DNA of 64,000 nt from Eledone cirrhosa (Eukaryota): assembly GCA_964016885.1 (NCBI GenBank), contig OZ024742.1, forward strand, positions 80,600,001 to 80,664,000, in the 5' to 3' direction. Position numbers and translations under genes: made by a program. Position 1 is the first letter of the stretch; every line of letters starts with the position of its first letter. Of the stretch, positions 53,960-64,000 are shown one piece after another. The notes beneath the pieces were generated by a model. It made no database searches. It worked only from the letters and a program-made list of their open reading frames with translations, and had not been told where the DNA came from.

Positions 53960-55200
53960 CTCTAAAACGAAGGGTAGATCGCACACCTTGCACTCCCACC
54001 ATCTACTTACTTCCAAATATATAAATCTAACATCCTCGTCATTCTATTATTTCCGCTTCCAGGTGTCCCACAGGAATAATCGTCCAATACTGAGAGTCTT
54101 TTCTCTCTGCCTTATTTGTCATATCTTCCTCCCACATCCATGACACCAATCGACTATTTAATTCATCTTTCCTGTTCCTTTTCGCCTTCTCTTCTCTCTG
54201 GATATTAACTCTGTCTATACCAGCATCTCTCACAATGACAGTCAACACTTGTTAGACTTACGTCACACACATTAGCCTAGTTCTTCCACTCTTCTCCACC
54301 TTGCTTCTCCAACTTGCTAATGTTCTCTCTCAGTTATTCTTCCTTTACCAAATTTTACCACCAGCTCTCAGGTGTATCCATCGGAGCCAGAATGGACTTA
54401 AGTTACGTCAACATTTTAGCTGGCTTCATTGAGACTAGCCCAAATTTCTATGTTCGGGCATTCGTTTCATCCTATTCTCCGTCTCCGTCTCTGATACTTT
54501 TGACCATTTTCCCGACATCTCTCTCTCCCTGCCGATCAAACACACGAAACACTCTGTATCTCCACCTTGTACAAACCCACTAACTGCCACTCCAAACACG
54601 AATATAATATCACCTACCCCAAACACACAAAACCCGGCATACCCTACTCCCAATTACTCTTTCTTTATAGGCTCTGCAGCCAGACCCATGACATTGAGAT
54701 CATACATGGTTTCTCACTGCATCCAGTGTGGATAGCCCCAGACCTTGAACCAAGCTCTTTTGGTTAATCCACACAAACACGTGCGCACTCACAGCTCTAC
54801 ATTCTCACAGCACCTAGTTCGATTACGGCCCACATGCAAAGGAACGGACTTCACAGCTTTCCACATGCAAAGGAACGGACCTACATACGCAGACACACAC
54901 ACTCAGGCTCGCGAGCTCACACGCTGGCAGGTGCATCGGCACACCCAAACACAATCACAAGTGACCACACAATATACAATACTCTCCCTTTGGCTGCCTG
55001 AATATACACATGATTTTGTCAGAGAAATTTCTTACAGTTCCTTCTTCGTCTCGTTCTCTATCTTTCTATGTCCTCTTATATTTCTAATACTATTTCATGT
55101 TGATGGACTATCGTCCGAAACATAATTACTATTTTCCTATTTTTCTACTATATCTGGTGTTAAAGCAATACATTTCTTCGATTTACTGTGCTGTTTCCGT
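53960..55200 (+). mobile_element. Decayed PLE: RT remnant plus tail with HHR-like stem at 55100-55125
   Basis: FYHQLSGVSIGARMDLSYVNI (RT motif B region), YKPTNCH, HTKPGIPYSQLL..RLCS. Tail has GGAC(TATC)GTCC-GAAAC. Confidence 0.7.
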
Positions 55201-57299
55201 TTGCTTTGGTATAAACATATATGCATATATATAGTTAAATATATATTTCTTTTCATTAAAAAAAAATAATGATTTGGAAATATAGTTGAACGTAGGACAG
55301 CAAATATGGGGTGAGGAAAATATCACTTTACAGTGGTCGCGTAATCGTTACCAGATAATTGTTTTTGTTTCGAATAACTTATCTATCATTTTGAAGCAGC
55401 TTCCGTCTCAATTTCCTTAAGAGCCTGTTTCAGGTTAAATGGTATCATGTGATACGGACATAATAAAATATACCACATTGTGAACAATTGTTTTGTGTTT
55501 GAAACAGTAAATTCTACTCCATTGCTGTAATTAGGAGGATGATAGTATATAGCAATCTAGTCAGTTTTAACATATACATACAAAATAATCTTTGATGTTT
55601 TCAATATAACCAGTTGCGTTAGAGACCTAACTATATTTCCAGTGAGCCATAAACAATTGTTTTAATTGAATGCCATTATGATGACTTTCGTGTAAGTGCA
55701 TTGTAAGATTACAATATTCGGAGTTATTGTTTTGCCAGGCAGCTAGTGCCAGACAATTATATCGTGTTTTATAGTATAATATATAATTATACTAATACAT
55801 AAATGATATTATATTTCATATCGTATTAAAGTCGATAATTAATTTCTTCTACAAATCAAAGAACTCATTTAGAGTAATATAAGCAATCACCTATATTAAA
55901 ACAAGTACAGCTAATCGGAAATTTTGAAGTAATTCTGTATAATCGAATATCTCAATAGCCAAGTAGCATTGGTTTACATTACTAGTCATTATTTATTCGT
56001 AAATTATTTCCATTACCTTATGCAGTATAAAATAATATCACCCATAACATGATCTTTCTCAATATATTTTCACTATCATCCGTCGGTATATTACATGTAA
56101 CTTAATGCAGGATGTTTAGTGGATGAGCATGTTTCAGCATTAATTCATGAAATTAATTATCAAATGGAGGAAGGTGCCATTTTCAACAGTCTTAAAGAAC
56201 GAAAATACGCACATTTAATTTTGCCTAATACACATACATATGAAATACGTTTCAATAGACTATTGATGGATGTGAATACATTTCTATATATGCTACAAAA
56301 ACCCAAATATATGTATGGGAGAGGGGGGTCCCATTCGGTTGGTTGAAATGATGATTGCAATGTAGTCACTGCACAATATACAAAATGCCTGGCATTTGAA
56401 TTGCAGGAACAACTGATTTTGCCAGTGAAACGGAGTGGATGTGAATGAAATTAAATGTATCGTATGTGCAAACAAAGGAGTAACGTCAAGCACATCTAAT
56501 TACGCCGTAAGGAATATAATGCCTCTTCAACATTAAAGTGTGGTGTGTGTTTCCTATATATATGTAAAAGATAAGACATTTCTCTATTGTGTTTTGAATT
56601 TGAATTATTGATGCACTGGACAAACGTCCAATGATATTTCTACTGAGAAACATATTCATCGTACATATAATATATGGTACGATACTTTAAATGAAAAAAA
56701 GCGAACAAGATGAACTACTACTGGGATCGTATACTTTATAGAATAATGAATAAGAGAAGTGATGTGCATAATGCACTATTTATTCGTTCCTAGTATTCAA
56801 AGGATATGGGGTTGACATTATGATAAAATACGCCTCCGAGAGACATAGTAAACAATACCCTCTATGGCCATTATAGGGAATAGACCTACCCATAATTTCC
56901 CATTGGATATTATAGATAATGTTAGAGTCAATTAGATTAGTTTTACATCGTACTAAGGAAGTAGTGTACTTAAGTTTATTGCTTTTAAACGATTTTTAAG
57001 TGAGAAATTACTGGTCTTAAATGGATCTGCTCTCGCTGCAATATAGCAACTTGTATAGTGTTGGGTTCTTACAGTACAATTATATAATACGTTTGTTAGG
57101 CATAATCCATTAAGGGGCAATCAGTGGGAACTCTACAGTTATATTTTATATTAGAGAAACTAGTAAAGTTTTCGTGGGGATTTACAGTATTCTCTCTGCT
57201 GTCCCTTGGTCGCTTCCTCGCGCTTACATTTAAAGCATTACCTAAGTTACTGGAATTGTTATTAGGTATATTATGTGGAAATGCATCAATGATGCTTGT

Positions 57300-59165
57300 C
57301 GACGATTTATTCTTAGAAAATCTCCTATGATTACTAAATGCTATATTAAGGCGCTAATATAGGGTGGTCGAAAAAGGATAATTCGATTGTATTGTTATTG
57401 ATAAATGTATGGTATTTGTGGCTGGCTGGGATATTACTATCAAAATTACTAAAGAATATTTTAGGTATATTAGAGGCCACATTTAGGCTGTGAGATGGAT
57501 AAACCTCGGAATTTTTTATCTGCTCATGCTAGACTTTATACTTGAGCTAATATACATTTAAGATCATTATTTATATGGGCGGGGATTGGTAGAGCATCGG
57601 ACAAGATGCGTTGCGGCGTATAGTTACGGCTCTTTTCGTTCTGTGTTCAAATCCGGCCGAGGTTAAATTTACCTTTCATCATTAAAGCCTCAATAAAATA
57701 AAGCATCGCTACCGCATTTGAGTCGTTTATTCGATTTTCCCCCCGCCGAAATTGTTGGTCTTGTGCCTAAGTCAGAAATTCTTATTTATATATATGCGAA
57801 ATTTCCTGTTAGGTGTAGGAACTAAGCCTGCATATTTATTTATGTTATTTACAGGGTTGATTTTAGAGATGTTTACTTTATTTTTAGATATAGATTCAAA
57901 AGCTTTCAATGTGTTCATTATAGTTGCAAGTTTATTGATTTTCTCATTTCTACCTACACATTTCCTAATCTTAAAATTATTATTGCTAAATTTAATACTG
58001 TGTGTAATGATTTAGTATATTAAAGAAATGTGTAGAATCACTATGTGCGATGTAAACAATCTTACAGCTATACACGGATCTTGGCAATGCATCTTTGTAA
58101 TACAAAGCTGTGGCAATAAATATATATTTACTAGGAGATATATTGGAGATTCTATGGGATATCCCCTAAAGAATTGAGTTAATAATATACCTATGATGGT
58201 TGGATAGTCTATTTACATTTGATAGTAATTTGCCTGTCCTATTGTAGGGGCGGTATAATCCAGTATCAAGTTCAAATGCGGTATCTAGAAACTTCACCGC
58301 CATATGATTAGATTAAATAGATATGATGAGTAAAAAAAAAATTTGAAAAGCTATGCAATTATTTATTGAGCTTATTTTATACTGCTTAGGTTATAGTTAT
58401 TTACGGTAAATGGAGCCTTGTCTCTATATAAACCCCATTATAGAGTAGGAAGTTTCTATTTAACTTTATTTGGAAAGTATATGCCAACTGAATTAATGAC
58501 CCCAAAGGTATATCAAAGTTGTTGGGCCGGTTAGATATTCCACAAGCAACCATAACATTCTATATTTGTGAGGCTAGGAAGGAGAATAATGTATATTTCT
58601 TTTTTATTTAAATTGGAGAAGCTTTTGGAAAACATTAAGGCCATATAAAATGATAAATGAGATAAGGCGTAATAGTTCTATGTCCAATTGTAGGAGTTTA
58701 AGTTTGTCTCAATATTTCTGAAGCATTTTATAACCTCATCTGTGTTGTCCGACATCGAGCTAATTCTGAAAGTATATCAGATGTAGTTCTCTTTATTCCA
58801 TTAAACATTGCTTATATATATCGTTTCTGAATTTGTTTAGCAAGATTATTTAAAATGAACTGCAACCAAAATTAAATAGAAAACATGAATGTAATAGCAA
58901 CATCACAACTTACAATTAAGGACAAAATGAAAACACACACACATAGAACAAACAACTAACTAGTAACATGTAAATAAACAAATAAATAAACAAATAAAAA
59001 CACACGCGGAGGACAGAACAAAGGAGAGGCACACAACAAAGAAAAGAATCCCCACACAGAATGTGTGACGAAAGAACTTTCACAATATATGAACAACCAT
59101 CGGTTGTGGAACCAACCAACCAACCGTAAATTTATAATAAATTGAAGTGAAAGCAACTGGTGTGT
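57300..59165 (+). mobile_element. Decayed PLE of the 24350 family, RT traces with GIY-YIG deleted
   Basis: Traces CIVIDK, CDVNNL, RRYIGD. 58821-58846 and 58853-59165 match the reverse complements of 25177-25202 and 24350-24735. Confidence 0.5.
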
Positions 59166-59268
59166 GTTTTTCCTCTTGGCAACATGACCCTCCCAAAGTA
59201 TAACAATATTGTTTATATAGTTTTACCTTTGTTACACACACACACGCACATGCATATATATATATATA

Positions 59269-59650
59269 TAATATTAATTCAAAATATTAACAAAATAGAT
59301 ATTCCTGTGATCAAGTATATTTTATTATACATATTTCAGAGGTACTGAGTTAAGTTCAACAGTATGTCCTCATCAGATACAATAATATGATACATGACAT
59401 ACCCTGACTAAGTAGATGGTTAAAATTCAGTCATGGCAGTGAATAATATACATATTAGATGTTGTCATATATTACTCACTACAATGACTGAATCTTAACA
59501 ATCTACTATGTCAGCGTATGTCATGCATCATCTTATTTTATCTGATGAGGACGTACTCTTGAACTTAACTCAGTACCTCTGAAATATGTATAATAAAATA
59601 TACTTGATCACAAGAATATCTATTTTGTTAATATTTTGAATTAATATTAA
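59269..59650. repeat. Fold-back repeat with ~180-bp arms; single-arm copy at 27535-27720
   Basis: Arms are reverse complements and each contains CTGATGAGG. Confidence 0.85.
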
Positions 59651-59737
59651 TAACTCTGGAAAACCATAACTGTTGAGTGCTTCAAATCTATTGTAAACTC
59701 ATTCTTTGATTTATTCAATGAACCTTGTTTACCTTTT

Positions 59738-59855
<118 letters not shown>

Positions 59856-60131
59856 TGTGTGTTTGTGTGTGGGCGTAAAACATATTTTACAAGTTACCCA
59901 CCCATATTGCCATTATATCCACTTTATTTTTCTATGTTTAAACACTTAATCTTTGATTGAACATATTTTATATTTATCTTTAAATTCAAGCACAGCACTA
60001 CATGGTTAGAGACCTATTTACACCGTGCAAAAATTATTACAACGCTGATAAAGGGTTGGTGAATAGAGTAGCCGAAGCCATTTAACGCTGTGCTCGGGTT
60101 TTATATATCTCTGTCTGACACTCTACCCAAA

Positions 60132-60204
<73 letters not shown>

Positions 60205-61432
60205 CTCTTACTGTCTATCTCTATCTCACTAACTTTACTCTCTTTCTCTCTCCCAAATTACCTAATATGTCTGTCAAATAGTATATAGATAATGCTGCCT
60301 AATATGATAGTGAATTACTTTCAGCTCGGAGCAATTACATAGGTATCAACAATTCCTCGGAAATTGGCTTTATGTTAAATTTTCTGTCCCATCAAATCAT
60401 TTAACTGTAAAAATTCAAATGTTGTATCATAAAATAACATTTCAAACCAATGATTCGGTATCACAAACATTCGACTTGTTCCTCAGAGACAGAAGATAAT
60501 TCCTCACATGATAACTATTAATTATTTCCATATCTCCAATGAGACACACAATATGCATTGCTCTTACAGCTGTGACAGCGCTGATGCAGCACACACAGAA
60601 GCACATCCTCCAACACAACAAAGACATGTCTCTCTAACGTTTGACATAAAGTCGCTTCCAGACTAAACTAATGCAAACGAAGAGCAGTGTAAAATGTGAG
60701 TGTAAAATTTGTTGATTATCAATGGAAGAAAATGATCGTCGTGTCATGGTAGTTTTGATTTTTTTTTATCTCGCGACAAGATATTATTGCTCACACAACC
60801 GGAAATAAACATCGATGTGTTTGGACAGAGAGAGAAAAGAATAACAAGTTTGTATGGATAGATGGATAGATTTTCAATTAGTTATAATATATAACGCAGT
60901 TTATTACTTAATTTATGAACATTGCCTTCAAAGAAATTCTAAAACTGTCGATAGAGAAATATCTAAACGATATATGGATAAGAATAAATTACTTGCCTGC
61001 AATTCAGACGTATAGGCAAATTTTGAAATAGATATGCGGACAAGAACTCATATATTGAACCCCACTTCTATTGTCGTATTGAAAACACACTTTCATATGT
61101 AGCAGTTGTGCGAAAGCGAAAGTTTCACTAACATGCACATAACATGCGTATGTTATTCATAGAACTATGGTTGGGCTGAAGACTGAACGAAACACTAAGC
61201 AATCGAACATATTTTATCAAAATGTATGGCGGGTTTCTCCTGAGGTACGTTCAAATTCAAGCGATGTAAAGAATTCTTTCATCCAACTGGGTTCAATAAA
61301 TGAAATATAGATTCAGTTCTAAAGATATTTTGATCCACTATCCACCATGGAAATATGACAGAAGATAGATATTAGTGTTACCATTTTCAGATCACACGCG
61401 CGTGGCACACACGCTCTTTCTGTCTCTCTCAT

Positions 61433-61581
<149 letters not shown>

Positions 61582-61587
61582 TACAGA

Positions 61588-62638
61588 TATTTTCCCTATC
61601 ACCGCATTTTCTCTATCGTATTTTCTTAAACAAAACAGATCTTGTATTTTCGTTTATTGTTAAATTATGCCCAATTTTTTCTCGATTCTTCTCTCCATTC
61701 GAACCCATTCATTCAATCACTTCTATGTCCTAATTTCACACTATATCATATTTTCACCATTCTATATCATATCTTTTGTCTAAAAATCATATTTTCCCTA
61801 TCACCGCATTTTCTCTATCGTACTTTCTTAAACAAAACAAATCTTGTATTTTCGTTTATTGTTAAATTATGCCCAATTTTTTCTCGATTCTTCTCTCCAT
61901 TCGAACCCATTCATTCAATCACTTCTATGTCCTAATTTCACACTATATCATATTTTCACCATTCTATATCATATCTTTTCTCTAAAAATCATATTTTCCC
62001 TATCACCGCATTTTCTCTATCGTATTTTCTTAAACAAAACAAATCTTGTATTTTTGTTTATTGTTAAATTATGCCCAAAATACGGCGATCTTATCTTAAA
62101 CCTTACATTCTGTCATATTTTCATATACTGTCGTATTTTCATATCAAAACAAATCACTATTATATATTCCTTTAAATATAATTTGTTAAACTTGCTAAGT
62201 TTTACGCAAAACTTCGAGTACCTATTTAAACTTTTAACCTCTGCTCCATCCCATATTCTACCCCCTTCCCATTCATCATGCTGGTTCCTGACCCCCCCCC
62301 ACCTCCCTCCCTATACATATAAGATAAAACCCTACCAAAATTAATCAAAATCGCCAACTCGCTATTTCTGGGATGGCTGTTCCCTTCGGTATAAAGTAAC
62401 GTTCAAATTTTTCTCGATTCTTCTCTCCATTCGAACCCATTCATTCAATCACTTCTATGTCCTAATTTCACACTATATCATATTTTCACCATTCTATATA
62501 TCTTTTCTCTAAAAATCGTATTTTCCCTATCACCGCATTTTCTCTATCGTATTTTCTTAAACAAAACAAATCTTGTATTTTCGTTTATTGTTAAATTATG
62601 CCCAAAATACGGCGATCTTATCTTAAACCTTACATTCT
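61588..62638. repeat. Tandem repeat with 202-bp unit (starts 61588, 61790, 61992; resumes ~62405)
   Basis: Identical peptide starts in ORFs 61642 and 61844 (offset 202), confirmed by direct reading. Confidence 0.9.
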
Positions 62639-62659
62639 CGCTAACAACCCATCATCCCT

Positions 62660-64000
62660 CCCTCCCGCCCCCACGCACCACCATTATTACGTGGACCAAT
62701 CATAAGTCAGAGGCCCATACTATCGCTTAACTGGTTGCTTTTCGATATGATGGATGGACTACGGAATTCTGGAGAGTTGAAGAGAGAAAAATGTGGACGC
62801 TCAGCGACAATGCCAAAGATAAAGCCAAATTCACCTCGTGGACGAGAATGCAAGCACTCCTCCTTGTTTCGGCCCAGGATGGCTAACATAACCCCATCCC
62901 CCCCGCGCCCCACCGCTCCCACCCTCCAAACGCAATCCAAAACTTCAGAGATGGTACCATGAATGTAGGCACCTTAAAGGGTCGCTCTAACGAGGTTGTA
63001 GAAATGCTTGAACGTAAGGAGGTCGATGTTTGTTGTATTCAAGAGACCAGGTGGAGGGGAGGGTCGGCTAGATTCATCGTGGGTAAAGAACGATGCTATA
63101 AGCTTTTCTGGGTGGGAAATGACAATGGGTTGGGTGGGGTAGGAATCATGGTAGCAGAAAAGTGGGCAGATAAGATAATAGACGTAAATAGAGTGAACGA
63201 CAGAATAATTAAAATAAGACTTGTCCTCAATAAAACTACGGTGACAGTAATATCTGCGTACGCACCCCAATCCGGACTGCCCCGCGCTATAAAAGACAGA
63301 TTCTACGAGACACTGATGCTCGCTACATCCCAAATAACCGACAGTGACTATATAGTTATTGCAGGCGACCTAAATGGTCACGTTGGACAACATTGTGACG
63401 GCTATGACGGAATCCATGGAGGCTATGGGTTGTACTAGAAATGAGGAAGGCTCCAGAATCCTGGAATTCTGCGACGCAAATAACTTAACTATCTGTAACA
63501 CTAACTTCAAAAAACGAGACAATCACTTGATCACCTATAGATCGGGGGAACACACAAGCCAGGTAGATTATATCCTTACCAGAAGACGTGACAGAGTGTC
63601 TGTTGTTAACACTAAATCCCACCCCCATGAAGAATTCACCTCCCAACATAGACTGATAATTAGCGACCTCATAGTCAGGACGAGACGTACTAGACAGCGG
63701 AAGAGGACTATCCTCAGGAGAAAAATATGGAAGCTAAAGGACCCCATAGCCAGAAATAAATTTCAAAGCATATTACTTGACGCTTTCGACAGTAAGGAAG
63801 AGCAATTAGAGTCGTATAATATAGAGGAACAGTGGGAATTCCTGAGAGCAAACCTGCTGACGGCGGCAGACGAAGTCTGTGGCTGGAGCAGGGCTGTAGG
63901 TAGGAGGAGAGTAACATGGTGGTGGAACAGTAAGGTGGAGGAGTCAATTAAGGCCAAAAAGCAGGCTTGGAAAGTATGGCGGGATGGGGGAAGTAGAGAA
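62660..64000 (+). mobile_element. RTE-clade LINE 5' portion (AP endonuclease), running off the window end
   Basis: MNVGTL, CIQETRW, ISAYAPQ, AGDLNGHVG, a frameshift at ~63430, then RNEEG..ILEFC, NTNFKK, QVDYIL, SQHRL, WWN. Confidence 0.9.

Noticed and set aside
61168-61200. CTGAAGA...GAAAC hammerhead-like words
   Set aside because: No stem I, II or III complementarity.
62760-62880. HDV-like ribozyme in the RTE 5' UTR (UUC-ACCUCGU-GGA resembles P3/L3)
   Set aside because: The candidate P1 has a mismatch, the GG needed for P1.1 is absent, and I found no convincing P2 or P4.

Overview
This is an AT-rich, microsatellite-dense eukaryotic window made almost entirely of transposable-element material. 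I found no host exon, rRNA, functional tRNA or CRISPR array. The tRNA-derived SINE resembles octopod SINEs, so the host is probably an octopus-like cephalopod (recognised from memory, not searched). Non-LTR elements include a stack of R4/Dong-clade copies in a (TAA)n array (one near-intact RT-RLE ORF), several RTE copies, two Tx1-like copies, a CR1-like copy and a GC-rich CRE-like copy. There are also many Penelope-like (PLE; RT plus GIY-YIG) remnants, Helitron pieces, a mariner-type MITE and SINEs. The main signal missing from the ORF track is about 10 minimal type-I hammerhead ribozyme (HHR) motifs, from about six repeat families with little similarity outside the core. They have palindromic stem III, and four families carry the compensatory U3-A8 core. 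Most lie in long fold-back repeats inserted in (TA)n. The best candidate for a new element is a non-coding 1.3-mer at 28704-29488 with two intact HHRs exactly 590 nt apart, which is a retrozyme/circRNA-like layout. All structures were folded by eye and element boundaries are approximate.
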